From: a bacterium
GTDB taxonomy: Bacteria; Zhuqueibacterota; Zhuqueibacteria; Zhuqueibacterales; Zhuqueibacteraceae
Direction: 5' to 3'
Length of the DNA: 64,000 bases
NCBI GenBank assembly: GCA_044869275.1
Contig: JBIOXB010000075.1
Span: 1-64,000 of the forward strand
Part shown: positions 9,762-20,585 of the stretch, piece after piece
How the letters are laid out: each line of letters starts with the position of its first letter
Position numbering within the stretch: position 1 is the first letter of the stretch
Translations under genes and position numbers: made by a program
Notes under the pieces: generated by a model
Database searches by the model: none
What the model saw: only the letters and a program-made list of their open reading frames with translations
Told to the model about the DNA's origin: nothing

Positions 9762-10334
9762 TTAGAGCAAAACACCGTGCTTGTTCAACCAGCGTCTGCA
9801 GTCTCGAAATGCGGCAACGATCTCAGCAAAAGAATAATGCGCATTCGCCGAGCTGGTGGAAGGCAGCACATAAAGATGAGTCTTGCCGATCTTGTCCCCT
9901 TGCAGGCCGATGGTGATTTTGACGCGGGCGGGCAAATCAAACAACCAGCGGTATCCGGTGAGGCCAATAAAACATGCAAATTCCGGGGCATAATACCGCA
10001 GTTTGCGACGCAGTGCTTTTGCACCCTCCTTGATTTCTTCACGCGACAACTCATCCACCTGCCCGCTGGCGCGTTTGACGACGTCGGTAAAACCAACGCC
10101 TCTTCCGAACAATACGCGCTCGTCGCCGGCCCGCACGCTCCTGCCGAAGAAATTCGAGTCCGACAACGCCGGCCAGAAGCGGTTCGTGGTGCGCGCATAG
10201 TATTTTCCTTGTTGTGCGGAAAGCAGCCCCGGGTTCAGGCCGATAAAGATCAGGCTCAAGCCCGGGCGCACATAATCCGGCAAGGTCAAGGAATCCCGCG
10301 GTGAAAGCTTCGCAGCGTTGGATTTGTTCTTCAT
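9762..10334 (-). CDS. mug: G/U mismatch-specific uracil-DNA glycosylase (family 2)
   Basis: IGLNPGL, NRFW, LPSTSSANA. Confidence 0.88.
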   Translation of the reverse strand: MKNKSNAAKLSPRDSLTLPDYVRPGLSLIFIGLNPGLLSAQQGKYYARTTNRFWPALSDSNFFGRSVRAGDERVLFGRGVGFTDVVKRASGQVDELSREEIKEGAKALRRKLRYYAPEFACFIGLTGYRWLFDLPARVKITIGLQGDKIGKTHLYVLPSTSSANAHYSFAEIVAAFRDCRRWLNKHGVLL

Positions 10335-10443
10335 ACGGACAAAGCGCTTGGCATTCTACTCCGGTTTGTTTAGATTGCAACGTCAAGACCAATTTATTAA
10401 TATAAAGCTCTTTTCAAAGGCCTGCAACACTGCCCCGCGAAAT

Positions 10444-11508
10444 ATGTCCAAAATGCTCGCTGTGTCAACGCTCGCGCTTTTTGTTATGATTGCTTTTGTC
10501 ATCGCCGCTGCCTTTGTGCCTGACTCTGAAGCGCCCATAACGGGCAGGCCCTCGCATCATCGCGAAAAAGGTTTCCGCAATCCTTTCTCCACCTTCAAAC
10601 CCCATGGCGCCGGGGCTTTCTTAAAATGGCAATGGCATCGTCTGCGCGGCAAGGCGCCGGCGAAACCTGAGAGCTATGATTTTAAGATTGCCTTCAACGA
10701 CGGCGCGGCGTTGCAAGGCGATGACGAAAATATGCGCGTGACCTGGGTCGGTCATGCGACCACTTTGGTGCAAATCGCAGGGGTGAATATTTTGACCGAT
10801 CCGATTTTTTCCGAACGCTGCTCGCCGGTGCCATTTGCCGGTCCGAAGCGCAAAGTGCCGGCCACACCCGCTTTCGAAAACCTGCCCCGCATCGATGTGG
10901 TGCTGATTTCCCACAATCATTACGATCATCTCGACAATGACACAATTAAAAGGCTCGGCAACGGGCCGCGCTATTTCGTGCCGTTGTTTATGGGGAAATT
11001 TCTGCGCGATCTCGGCATCAAGAAAGAGCACGTCGTGGAATTGGATTGGTGGGAATCTGCGGAATTTCGCGGGCTGAAATTTCACTGCACGCCCACGCAG
11101 CATTTCTCCGGTCGAGGCTTGCACGACACGAATCAAGTGCTGTGGTGCAGTTGGGCGGTGCTGGCCAAAAAACATCGCTTTTATTTCGCGGGAGACACCG
11201 GTTACTTTCCCGGCTTCAAGGAAATCGGAGAGAAATTTGGGCCGTTCGATTTGGCGATTCTGCCCATCGGTGCGTATTTGCCGCGCTGGTTCATGTCGCC
11301 CGTACACGTGAATCCACCCGAAGCGCTGCAAGCTTTTCTCGACGTGCGCGGCCAAAACATGCTGGCGATTCATTGGGGCACGTTCGATCTTGCCGACGAG
11401 CCCATGGATCAGCCGCCCAGAGATTTGCGTGCGGCCGTGGATTCGCTAGGCGTGGCGCCGGAAAGAATTTGGGTTTTTCAACAGGGCCAGACGCGCGCCG
11501 TGAAATAG
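10444..11508 (+). CDS. MBL-fold hydrolase, NAPE-PLD/RomA-like, with N-terminal anchor
   Basis: TWVGHAT, TDPIFS, SHNHYDH, AGDTGY, PIGAY.PRW, IHWGTF; probable start MSKML at 10444. Confidence 0.85.
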   Translation: MSKMLAVSTLALFVMIAFVIAAAFVPDSEAPITGRPSHHREKGFRNPFSTFKPHGAGAFLKWQWHRLRGKAPAKPESYDFKIAFNDGAALQGDDENMRVTWVGHATTLVQIAGVNILTDPIFSERCSPVPFAGPKRKVPATPAFENLPRIDVVLISHNHYDHLDNDTIKRLGNGPRYFVPLFMGKFLRDLGIKKEHVVELDWWESAEFRGLKFHCTPTQHFSGRGLHDTNQVLWCSWAVLAKKHRFYFAGDTGYFPGFKEIGEKFGPFDLAILPIGAYLPRWFMSPVHVNPPEALQAFLDVRGQNMLAIHWGTFDLADEPMDQPPRDLRAAVDSLGVAPERIWVFQQGQTRAVK

Positions 11509-11530
11509 TTGAGTTTTTGAAACGCTCCTC

Positions 11531-12367
11531 TCAAAATGCGCTCGCGGAAAACTGCGCCGGCACCGCGAAAAGACTTTCATTCACAGTGGAAGATACAATC
11601 AGTTCTTCAAAAACGATCCTGCGATTGGTCCCTTCCAGGCGGCGCTCCGTCGCCAGATAGAGGCCGCCAAACTCCTGCCAGTTTGTCCACCACGCGATCA
11701 ACGGTTCAGACTGCGGCGTGGCAAAGAATTCCCAGTGATGCAAGCGAAACGAAACGGGATCAATAAACAATCGATAGCTGTTTTCCGGCGTCAATCCTGC
11801 CTGGCCGACGAAACGCAAACGCAAGACCGCAAAAGAAGTGTCGTTGACCGACTGTATGCCTTGATACTCCAAACAGGCGCCGGGATCTTGCAGCTTGAAC
11901 GGCAGCAGCAGCCAATAAAAGTCGGAAAGAAAGCGCGAGTAGGCCATGGCCAGCAGCGGTTTGGCCTCCTCCACCGGTACGGGCTGGCCGTTTTGAAAGG
12001 CGCGGCCGGTTTGGTTGTTGAGATGCATGAGAACCAAAGCGTGATCGCCGTTGGGCAGCTCGCCCTCGAGGCGGTAGCGATTCGCGCGGCGGTCCCAATC
12101 ATGGCGCCAGTCCGCAACCACGACGGTATCGGCTGCAATCACAAAGTGAAAAGAGAGATAATTAGCGGCTGCCAGCCCATGATGGCCACCCGCGGCCGCC
12201 AACACCTTTTCCGCCAAGGCCACGGCCATCGAATCCGAGCACGTGTCTGCGGCATTTTGCGCGGTCGTGGTGGGAGCAAGAGTACGAGTGGAAGAAGGGG
12301 AAGAATCACAACAAGTGAATATCGCGCCGCAGAGACCCACTACACCCAAAGCAGGAATTCCTTTCAT
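11531..12367 (-). CDS. Putative lipoprotein of unknown function
   Basis: Signal peptide with Cys (IFTCC); YWLLLPFKLQDPG motif. Confidence 0.6.
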   Translation of the reverse strand: MKGIPALGVVGLCGAIFTCCDSSPSSTRTLAPTTTAQNAADTCSDSMAVALAEKVLAAAGGHHGLAAANYLSFHFVIAADTVVVADWRHDWDRRANRYRLEGELPNGDHALVLMHLNNQTGRAFQNGQPVPVEEAKPLLAMAYSRFLSDFYWLLLPFKLQDPGACLEYQGIQSVNDTSFAVLRLRFVGQAGLTPENSYRLFIDPVSFRLHHWEFFATPQSEPLIAWWTNWQEFGGLYLATERRLEGTNRRIVFEELIVSSTVNESLFAVPAQFSASAF

Positions 12368-12376
12368 GAAGCGTCC

Positions 12377-14398
12377 TCAATGATGAATCGTCACGTGTTG
12401 TATTTTGTCGCCGACCTGCAGCGCTTCCACGATTTCCATACCCTTGCGGACTCGCGCGAAAATCGTGTAGCGGCCGTCGAGATGAGGTTGGTCGGAATGC
12501 GTGATGAACCACTGGCTGCCTTCCGTGTCCGGCCCAGCACTGGCCATGCCCACGGCACCGCGCACGTAGCGCAGGCGATTGAACTCGGAGCGAATCGCGT
12601 AACCGGGCGAGCCCCACATGTCGCCGCGCGGATCGCCGGATTGGATGACGAAATTCGGCACGACGCGATGCACCTCGAGGCCGTCGAAGAACCGTCGTGC
12701 GGCCAAACGTGTGAAATTCAAAACCGTGAGTGGCGCTTCTTCGGGCAATAGTTCCAATTCAATTTCGCCGCGTGCCGTGGCCACGCGCGCCCTGGCGCCG
12801 CGCAAAGCCTTGATTTCAGCGATGGTAAAGTCTTGTTGCACTGCACCGGTTTTGGGAAGAAACTCGGTGTAATCTTTTCCGGTCAACTTTTGCAGGGCGC
12901 TGGCAGCGGCACGCGCAAACGGCTTGTCCGGTGTTTTCAGTGCTTCTTCCAGCAAAGACTGGGCCGCGCGATTGCCGCAATCCGCAAGCGCGTTGAAAAT
13001 CATTTGGGCGCACTCAACGTCGATCGGCGGCTCGAGCTGCCGATATGCCGCGATGATCGCCGGCCCGTACTCGTGCCGCTGCACGGAATCCGCCGCGAGA
13101 ATTTGCGCCGCCACCGCCGTGAGCACGGCGTCGCCCCTGGACAGCGCATTTAAATATATCGGCAACGCACGTTTTTGCGCAGCGCTTTTCGGCAGAGATT
13201 CGAGCGCGGCAAGTCGCACCAAATTGTCAGAATCATTGGCCAATTTTTCCAAAATCGGAAAAGCCTCGGGTGCGTCCATTACGCCGAGGGCATGAGCAAT
13301 CTCCGCGCGCAAATGTTTCTCGGGATGGCTCGCCCAAGGCAGAAGATCTGCGATGGCTGCCTGGCCTCGGGCTTGCGCCAAAGCGTAAGCCGCCGCTGCC
13401 GCCGCCCGCCAGTCCGCGCACATATCGACCTCCGGGGTGGGCGAGCGCAGTTGATCAGCAAGAAATACCGCCAGAGATTCGCTCACCGCGAGCTGGCCGG
13501 CTTTGCGCGCGCGCGCAGCCGCGTTGCCCAGCGCGCGCAGGGCTGTCAATTGCACGTGCGGACAAGAATCGGCCACCGGCACATCCCGCGGAGAAATAAA
13601 CTGGTTGCCGGGGAGGTCAATTTGGCCGAGGGCCGCTGCCGCATTCACGCGCACGCGCCAATCGCTATCCGCGTTCGCCGCGTTTTTCAACAGCGCGAAC
13701 GCAAAGGGATCGCGCAGCAAACCCAAGGCACGCGCGGCCTGCATGCGCACACGCGGGCTGCGATCGTTGAGTGCCGGGAACAATGCTGAAGCCGTGGTAG
13801 AATCGGACAAGCGCATGAGCGCGTAGGCGGCTCGCCAGCGCACCTCTTCCGCATGGTCCTGCAGCAGAGGGCGAAGCTTGTCGCCCCAGTTTTTACCCTT
13901 CAGATTGCGCTGCGCCAAACGGCCCAGCGCCAGAGCGGTTTCTGCGCGCACGATCGGGATGTCGTCGTCGAGCTGCCGCACCAAAGTCGAGTCGATGGCG
14001 GGCGGGAGAGAATCTTTTGCCACTTTGCTCAGTGCTTCAATCAGCGTGAGGCGGACTTCCAAGTCTTTTTCATCGTTGCTATGTTTCAGAATGACATTGG
14101 TCGCTGCCGGATCCGCGATCTGCCCCAACGCAAAAGCCGCTTCGATACGCACCGCGGCATTGCTATCGTCCAACAAACCTGCCAAAGTCGGCACGGCTTG
14201 CGCATCTTGCATGCGGCCCAGCGCGACGGTCGCGCGGCGCTTTACCTCGGCGTTGGGGTGCAGGGTGAATCTCACCAGTTCGCGCACGTCCGCACGCCGG
14301 TCCGCAAGGCGCAGGATGTCTTCAAATTGCTGGTCGTAGTTTTTGCAGCCCCCCGCCGCCAGAATCACGACGGTACAAATCAGCGACGCTTTTTTCAT
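12377..14398 (-). CDS. HEAT-repeat lipoprotein with C-terminal cyclophilin-type PPIase
   Basis: Lipobox AAGGC; repeated VR..AA.ALG HEAT units; HRVVPNFVIQSGDP, GMASAG.DT.GSQWFITH..HLDG.YTIF. Confidence 0.88.
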   Translation of the reverse strand: MKKASLICTVVILAAGGCKNYDQQFEDILRLADRRADVRELVRFTLHPNAEVKRRATVALGRMQDAQAVPTLAGLLDDSNAAVRIEAAFALGQIADPAATNVILKHSNDEKDLEVRLTLIEALSKVAKDSLPPAIDSTLVRQLDDDIPIVRAETALALGRLAQRNLKGKNWGDKLRPLLQDHAEEVRWRAAYALMRLSDSTTASALFPALNDRSPRVRMQAARALGLLRDPFAFALLKNAANADSDWRVRVNAAAALGQIDLPGNQFISPRDVPVADSCPHVQLTALRALGNAAARARKAGQLAVSESLAVFLADQLRSPTPEVDMCADWRAAAAAAYALAQARGQAAIADLLPWASHPEKHLRAEIAHALGVMDAPEAFPILEKLANDSDNLVRLAALESLPKSAAQKRALPIYLNALSRGDAVLTAVAAQILAADSVQRHEYGPAIIAAYRQLEPPIDVECAQMIFNALADCGNRAAQSLLEEALKTPDKPFARAAASALQKLTGKDYTEFLPKTGAVQQDFTIAEIKALRGARARVATARGEIELELLPEEAPLTVLNFTRLAARRFFDGLEVHRVVPNFVIQSGDPRGDMWGSPGYAIRSEFNRLRYVRGAVGMASAGPDTEGSQWFITHSDQPHLDGRYTIFARVRKGMEIVEALQVGDKIQHVTIHH

Positions 14399-14718
14399 AA
14401 TCCGTCCTAAGCTGTCCGTTCAGCGCAAATACAACCAAGTTCACTTGGTGAGTGAAGTGCGGGATGGCATCATGTTCTGGTGCATCGATTAGCAGCAGCG
14501 CGCGGGAAGGCGAACACAGGAAAAAACGTCATGCAGCGTTTGGGAAAGAAAGGCAAAAAGGAGGTGACGATGCGGCAATGGCCAGAGTTCATTTCTCATG
14601 ATTAGGCTTCCTGATTTTGCGACGACACGCTTCCCTCGCCAAAATAACACCCTGAATAGTAACCAGCCCGCAGGCCAAATGCAAGTGATTTGACGCCGGC
14701 TTCCTGAGCAGATTTGGT

Positions 14719-14747
14719 TTGCATTCTTGCGAAGGCCCGCTTATACT
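14719..14747 (+). promoter_or_regulatory. sigma70-like promoter for the Gfo/Idh/MocA gene
   Basis: TTGCAT-N17-TATACT. Confidence 0.5.
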
Positions 14748-14817
14748 ACGTTGGGATCGCAGGCGCGAAACACAGCCGTATTTTTGTGACATTCACCGAT
14801 CAGGGCAGGAGAAAGCA

Positions 14818-15807
14818 ATGACGCGAATAGGCGTTGCCGGCGTCGGCCGTTTGGGAAGCTTGCATGCGGCGCTGTATCGTGAGGTCGCCGGCGCGGCCTT
14901 TGTCGGTTTGTACGACGCCGACCAAGCCCGCGCGGCAAAGTTGGCAAGCGACCTGGGCGTGCGCAACTTCTCGTCCTTTGCCGAAATGCTGCAAGCATGC
15001 GAAGCCGTGAACATCGTGGTGCCCACGAGCTTTCACTTTGAGCTGGCCGAGCAGGCCTTGCGCACCGGGCGACACGTGTTCATTGAAAAGCCAATTACGA
15101 CGACGGTTGCTCAAGCGCGGCAATTGCTGGTGTTGGCCGAGGCGCGAGGGCTGGTTTTGCAGGTCGGGCACATCGAACGCTTCAATGCCGCGATACGCGC
15201 GCTCGCCGATTTTCCCCTTGCCCCACGCTTTATCGAATCGCATCGCATGGCCTCGTTCGATCCGCGCGGTACGGACGTGGCGGTCGTGTTGGATCTCATG
15301 ATTCACGACATCGACATCATTTTGAGTTTGGTCAAAAGCCCGCTCGCGCAAGCGCATGCCAACGGCGTGGCCGTGGTCTCATATGAGCCCGACATTGCCA
15401 ACGCGCGTTTGCAATTTGAAAACGGCTGTGTTGCGAATGTCACTGCGAGCCGCATTTCACAGAAAAAAATGCGCAAAATGCGCCTGTTTCAACGTGACGC
15501 CTACGTCTCGATCGATTTTCTGCAGGGCTTGAGTGAGGTATTTCGCATGGTCTCGCCGGAGGAAGCGAGCGGCCGCCTGTCGTTTCCGGTGGTCCTGGGC
15601 AAGATCGAACAAGGCGCCCGGCCGCGGCATATTCTTTACGAAAAACTGGAGGCGCCGGAAGGCAATGCGCTGAAAATGGAAATCGAAAGTTTCCTTGCCG
15701 CCATTCAAAACAATACGCCGCCACCGGTTACCGGCGAAGATGGCATGCGCGCGCTGGAAGTCGCCACGAAGATTACTGAAATGATCAAGGAGCAAATCGA
15801 AAGGTAA
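14818..15807 (+). CDS. Gfo/Idh/MocA oxidoreductase (possibly GnnA-like UDP-GlcNAc 3-dehydrogenase)
   Basis: GVGRLG, IEKP, GHIERFN, DLMIHDID; SD AGGAG before ATG at 14818. Confidence 0.85.
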   Translation: MTRIGVAGVGRLGSLHAALYREVAGAAFVGLYDADQARAAKLASDLGVRNFSSFAEMLQACEAVNIVVPTSFHFELAEQALRTGRHVFIEKPITTTVAQARQLLVLAEARGLVLQVGHIERFNAAIRALADFPLAPRFIESHRMASFDPRGTDVAVVLDLMIHDIDIILSLVKSPLAQAHANGVAVVSYEPDIANARLQFENGCVANVTASRISQKKMRKMRLFQRDAYVSIDFLQGLSEVFRMVSPEEASGRLSFPVVLGKIEQGARPRHILYEKLEAPEGNALKMEIESFLAAIQNNTPPPVTGEDGMRALEVATKITEMIKEQIER

Positions 15808-15869
15808 AGCCGTCTGCCGGGACACAAGCCCGGGTTTCCTGCCCAACCTCCATCCCCCCGGCAAAAAGC

Positions 15870-17567
15870 TCAGGCGCGTGCGATCATGACCAGAACGCTC
15901 TGATCATCCTGCGGCCGCCAGACCCCGGCGGCAAGCGCGGCGGCATAAGGCAAATCTTTCAGCACCAGGCCCAGCAGTTGGGAGGCAGAAAGATTTTTCG
16001 CAGCAAAAACACCTGAAGTGGCGCACTCGATCAAGCGTGTGAGGCCATAGGGTTTGCCATCTGCGCCCGTGGCTTCGGTGACACCGTCGGTGTAAAAAAT
16101 CAGTGCCGCGCCCGCGGGAATGGCGATTTCTATCTCTGCGATGGGATTGCTCTCCAGCACTCCGAGCGCCGCGCCGCTGCTGCGTAACAACTCGAAACGC
16201 GGGGCAGCGGTGGACGGATAAATCATCACGCCGGGATTGTGCCCGGCATTGACGTACAGCAACACGCCGCGTTGCAGATTCAACACGCCCAGGAACAGAG
16301 TGGTAAAAGCCGCTGTCGAACGCATGTCGAAAACGAGTTGATTCAATCCTTGCGCCCACGCTTCGGGGCGTGATTCATACAGCACATGTAAACGAAAATA
16401 CGCCTGCAGACGATCGCGCATTTTCGCCGCCGCCGTACCTTTGCCGGCAACGTCTCCGATCGCTATGGCCAGCTCCGTCTCATTGATCGCCATCACCTCC
16501 AAATAATCTCCGCCCGCAGCGCCGGCGCCGGAGGTCCGGGAAGCATAGGCGAGGTCATATGGCGGAACTGCAAGCGGACGGATATCGCCCTGGCCCAATC
16601 TCATGGGCACCTCGGGCTCGGCTTCGTGGTCGCGGTCGTCTTGATGATCTTCGTCTCGGCAGATTTGCGCCATGCAAATCGCCGATCGTTCGACCAGCTT
16701 CTGCAGCCCTTGCGCCTCCTGCCAGGTCAAGCTGCCTTTCGCCTGCGCATCTTCCAAAAGCAGCACACCGGCGGGCGCGCCGGGCTGATCAAATGCGCGC
16801 AGGGGGATTCCCAAAATGCGATGCGCACGGCCGGCGATCGCCAGCAGATTTTCCCATCCCAGATCCTTGGTTTCGGCGCGCTCACGCAAGATGATGCTGC
16901 CGCTTTGAAAAACCTTTTCAGCCAAGGGGTGCCAGGGCGCATGCGAGAGCGGCGTACGAGTCTCCTGGCCTGCATTCATTTGATGCTTCAGAGTTAGTTC
17001 ACCGGAAATCTCTGGAAGCCAAAGGGAGGCGACGCCGGCACTCGATAATCGCAACGCGCCCCGGAGAAAGTGATGCATCAACAGTTCCCGCCATCTCTTC
17101 TCGTCGTGTTTCCTCATTTCAATGCTGGGTGCAGCCTTCGGCGTGTCAGGCTGAGCAGCTGCGCGTGGAGGTGCCGGCGGTGGTTCCTTCTCTCCGGCGG
17201 TATATTCCGTCAAAAAGAAAAACAACAGCACCGGCCCGATCTGCAGGTAATCCAGATTCTGCAACTCTTTCTTGCCCAACTTCTGGCCGTTGATGAACAA
17301 GCCGTTCTTGCTGCCACAGTCTTCGACATGATAAACCCCCTCCACAAATCGCAGACGTAAATGCTGGCGCGAGACCCCCTCAACAGAGAGAACCAGATCG
17401 TTCTCCGCGTTCCGGCCGACCGTGAAATCGCGCAATGGCAAAGCCACGGTTTGATCATGGCCAAGATGATTCAACACGCGCAAATGAGCGTGGTAGAGTA
17501 TTTGATGGCAAGTTTGGCAGGTTATATATTGGCAAGTTTGTGAGGTCTGGCAGCACGGGCGATTCAT
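15870..17567 (-). CDS. FHA + GAF-like + PP2C/SpoIIE Ser/Thr phosphatase
   Basis: FHA motifs GR...SRQH...SKNG; PP2C motifs GGDY, GDVAGKG, NAGH, YTDGV, DD; start uncertain. Confidence 0.85.
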   Translation of the reverse strand: MNRPCCQTSQTCQYITCQTCHQILYHAHLRVLNHLGHDQTVALPLRDFTVGRNAENDLVLSVEGVSRQHLRLRFVEGVYHVEDCGSKNGLFINGQKLGKKELQNLDYLQIGPVLLFFFLTEYTAGEKEPPPAPPRAAAQPDTPKAAPSIEMRKHDEKRWRELLMHHFLRGALRLSSAGVASLWLPEISGELTLKHQMNAGQETRTPLSHAPWHPLAEKVFQSGSIILRERAETKDLGWENLLAIAGRAHRILGIPLRAFDQPGAPAGVLLLEDAQAKGSLTWQEAQGLQKLVERSAICMAQICRDEDHQDDRDHEAEPEVPMRLGQGDIRPLAVPPYDLAYASRTSGAGAAGGDYLEVMAINETELAIAIGDVAGKGTAAAKMRDRLQAYFRLHVLYESRPEAWAQGLNQLVFDMRSTAAFTTLFLGVLNLQRGVLLYVNAGHNPGVMIYPSTAAPRFELLRSSGAALGVLESNPIAEIEIAIPAGAALIFYTDGVTEATGADGKPYGLTRLIECATSGVFAAKNLSASQLLGLVLKDLPYAAALAAGVWRPQDDQSVLVMIARA

Positions 17568-17645
17568 GGTACTTCAAACTCGTGATCATGTGGAAATATT
17601 CTTGTCAAACAGGCCTCCTGCGGCCTCGAGATGGTGATGATGTTC

Positions 17646-20585
17646 TCAAGAGAGCAACCTCGCTCTCACCGCGGCCAATGCCTGTTGAAATTCCAGCGCA
17701 TTTTGATAGCGCTCGTCCGGATTTTTCGCCAGCGCGCGTTGCAGCACTTCATCCAATTCCATAGGAATTTCCACGTTTTCCAGGCTCGGCGGAATATGCG
17801 GCTTGTGTACGATTTTATAGGCCAGCGCGGCCAGGGAGTCCGCAACGAACGGCCTTTTGCCGGCGATCAATTCGTACAGCACGATGCCGAGTGAAAACAA
17901 GTCGGCGCGGCCGTCAGTGTCCTGCCCCTCGATTTGCTCGGGCGCCATGTAGCTCGGTGTTCCCAAAACCCGTCCAGTTTGTGTGAGTGAAAGATAATTG
18001 CTGATTTTCGCTATGCCGAAGTCGGTGACCTTGGTTTCATCATTCTCCAAGAGCATGATGTTCGAGGGCTTGACGTCACGATGGAACACCCCCGAACGGT
18101 GCGCATATTCCATCGCCTCGCACACTTGCATCACGATGTGCAAAGCGCGCTCGCACTCCAAGAGGCGCTCGGCCTCCAAAACCTGCTTAAGATCGCGGCC
18201 TTCGAGATACTCCATCACCAAGTAAGAAAATTCCGGCTGGTCGTCGACGTCATACACAATCACGATGTTGGGATGGCTCAATTTGGCAATGGCCCGCGCT
18301 TCGCGATAAATGCGATCTTTCAACCCGGCGATTTCCTGTGTCGAAGTGGCGAAGCCGTATTGTACGGTTTTGAGCACCACGGTGCGATCCAGTTTCGGAT
18401 CCCAGGCTTTATAAATTCTTCCCGTCGTCCCTTTCGCGATTTCCTTTCCAATAATGTAGCGGCCGATGCGAGCTGCGGAAAGTGCCGAGATTTCCATCGT
18501 GCGCGTGGCGAGAAGCATGGCCGTTTCCGCCGGCAACCCTGGTGCGGCCGGTGTTGCAGACAGCGTTGCGGCCTGCCCGCATGCAATCGGCTCGTCCATC
18601 ATTTCTTTCACGCCCGCGACGAGGCCCATCGTGGTCATTTCCATGAGCTCTTCGTGGTGGATTTCGGCGGAGTGTTCGCGAAGCGCAAGCGCATCGGAAG
18701 AAAGCGCAGGCATGGTTACCGTGCGCGGATCGGGTGCGAAATCAAGCACGGGAGTTTTGTCTTCCGTTCTGCCGTTTGCGTGCGGAAGTGCAGGGACAGC
18801 CTCTACACGCTTCACCGGTAGCAGGCCAGTTTCAGAAGTCTGGAGTCCTGCTTCCTCATGGCCGTCGCGCGCCGGACTCGCCTCCACGTTCAGTTCATTG
18901 TTTCCAGAATGCCCGTTTTCATTAGCTTCGTCGAGCGGAGCCAGCGCTCCAGAAATCATCTCAGCAAACAACATTTCGGTCTGCAGGCCAATGGGCGGTG
19001 CGGCTTTCTCCGGAGCGGGCGCGGGTTGGAGCCCGGCTTCAGATTCGGGCACGATGCTATCTTCAACCACGGCCGGAGCCGGCACGTTGCCATTTTGAGA
19101 ATTGTGCGTTACCTCCTCGACTAACCGCTTGGACTTATGCGCCGGCGAGGTGAAAGCCAATCCTGAAGATTCGAGCTCCGCCGGCGGTGCTGCAGCGCGA
19201 TGCAGCATGCGCTGCGACTCGTTCGCCGTTTGTTCATCTCGTGCCGCAGCCGGCAAAGGCGTCTGCGTTTGGCGCTTTTTATCCTTTGCCCTTTTCCTTT
19301 TTCGTCGCGAAGGTGCCCGCAGTACCGGCCGCAACTCTTGAACTCCGCTTTTTTCTCCTGGCTGTTTGCTTTTCCAGGACCGGCCGAAAAGTCCGATTCT
19401 CAAAAGCATTTTTTCCAAAGCAAAACGCAACGCCAGTGCTTTGTGCGGAAAGAACTTCCACCACATCATGAACAGGATGGACGCCAAACCCGCCAAACCC
19501 CAGATTCCCAAAGAAAAGTCTTGGTGGCGTACAGTTTTTCCTGCTTCGCTTGTGGCCCGCTTTTCCAGTGCAGCGGTTTCAGACGAATCTCTGGCTTGAA
19601 CGAGGGGTTCGATTTTCGTCTGGCCCGGCGAAGGCGGCGTTAGCGCACGCTCCGGCGCCTTAGTTTTTGAAGCCGGAGCTTTTTCCGGAGTGAAGGTTCT
19701 GGGGGAGGCTTTCGGTTTTGCCTCCACCTCGGCACGCGCCGGCTTGGCAATTTTGGGCGGCGGTGCGTTCCCCGTGTTTTTCGTCGGAGCTTTGCTCACA
19801 GCTGGTTTTATTTCTTGAGTAGAAACTTTTCCACGCTTCTCAAGCTGTTTTCCAGCGGGAGCGGCCGGGGAGACAGGGGCCGCCGCTGCCGCCAATTGCG
19901 CTATCCGGAGATTGACGCGGTTCAAATTGTTTTGCGCTTCGCTGCGACTGGGCGCCAGCGCCAGGGCCTGGCTGTAATGCTCTTTTGCGGCAAGCCATTG
20001 CCCCTTGCTTTCATAAGCCGCGCCGAGGTTATTGTGATTCTGCGCCGAAGGCTGCAGCGCGATCAACCGCAAACCGGTGCTGATGGCTTGATCATACTCG
20101 CCCAATTGTTGATAAGCGACCGTCGCCGTCGCCAGGCAGGGTACGGAATTCGAATCGTGTTTCAAACCGGCAAGCGCGGCTTCAACCGCGGAAATCAGCT
20201 TGCCGCGCCCGAAGCGCTGAGAGGCGATGGTGGCATAGGCGGAAGCCAAAATCTTGCGCAAGCTGGTTTTTTGCGTGAGCACCTCGTCCAGCACCACGAC
20301 GCGCTCGAATCGCGCTGCGGCCGAATCCAATTGCGCGAGTTGATAGAACTCGCGGCCGAGTTCATAGTGCAGCTCTGCGGCCAACGGAAAACGTGCCGAG
20401 GCTTCACGCAACGCCGCCAGGCGTTCTGGGGCCTTCTTTTTCTTGATGGCCTTTTCAAATAGCGCATGCGCGGCTTTGGCGTCGTCTTTGTCCTGGGCGC
20501 GCACAAGATGATCGGGCCACGCGCTCAACAAAAAGGCAAGCACCAGAGCGGCAGCGACAGAGTTGTTTGGAAAATAGATCTTCAA
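17646..20585 (-). CDS. Receptor-like Ser/Thr kinase: signal peptide, TPRs, TM helix, long linker, C-terminal Hanks kinase
   Basis: HRDVKPSN, DFG, GTPSYMAPE; TPRs (HYELG, HNNLG); TM LGIWGLAGLASILFMMWW. The probable TTG start at 20585 overlaps the upstream TGA. Confidence 0.85.
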   Translation of the reverse strand: MKIYFPNNSVAAALVLAFLLSAWPDHLVRAQDKDDAKAAHALFEKAIKKKKAPERLAALREASARFPLAAELHYELGREFYQLAQLDSAAARFERVVVLDEVLTQKTSLRKILASAYATIASQRFGRGKLISAVEAALAGLKHDSNSVPCLATATVAYQQLGEYDQAISTGLRLIALQPSAQNHNNLGAAYESKGQWLAAKEHYSQALALAPSRSEAQNNLNRVNLRIAQLAAAAAPVSPAAPAGKQLEKRGKVSTQEIKPAVSKAPTKNTGNAPPPKIAKPARAEVEAKPKASPRTFTPEKAPASKTKAPERALTPPSPGQTKIEPLVQARDSSETAALEKRATSEAGKTVRHQDFSLGIWGLAGLASILFMMWWKFFPHKALALRFALEKMLLRIGLFGRSWKSKQPGEKSGVQELRPVLRAPSRRKRKRAKDKKRQTQTPLPAAARDEQTANESQRMLHRAAAPPAELESSGLAFTSPAHKSKRLVEEVTHNSQNGNVPAPAVVEDSIVPESEAGLQPAPAPEKAAPPIGLQTEMLFAEMISGALAPLDEANENGHSGNNELNVEASPARDGHEEAGLQTSETGLLPVKRVEAVPALPHANGRTEDKTPVLDFAPDPRTVTMPALSSDALALREHSAEIHHEELMEMTTMGLVAGVKEMMDEPIACGQAATLSATPAAPGLPAETAMLLATRTMEISALSAARIGRYIIGKEIAKGTTGRIYKAWDPKLDRTVVLKTVQYGFATSTQEIAGLKDRIYREARAIAKLSHPNIVIVYDVDDQPEFSYLVMEYLEGRDLKQVLEAERLLECERALHIVMQVCEAMEYAHRSGVFHRDVKPSNIMLLENDETKVTDFGIAKISNYLSLTQTGRVLGTPSYMAPEQIEGQDTDGRADLFSLGIVLYELIAGKRPFVADSLAALAYKIVHKPHIPPSLENVEIPMELDEVLQRALAKNPDERYQNALEFQQALAAVRARLLS

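Noticed and set aside
14399..14817. Possible small ORF or ncRNA in the divergent intergenic gap
   Set aside because: Short ORFs lack convincing SD sites or motifs, and no recognisable RNA family structure was seen.
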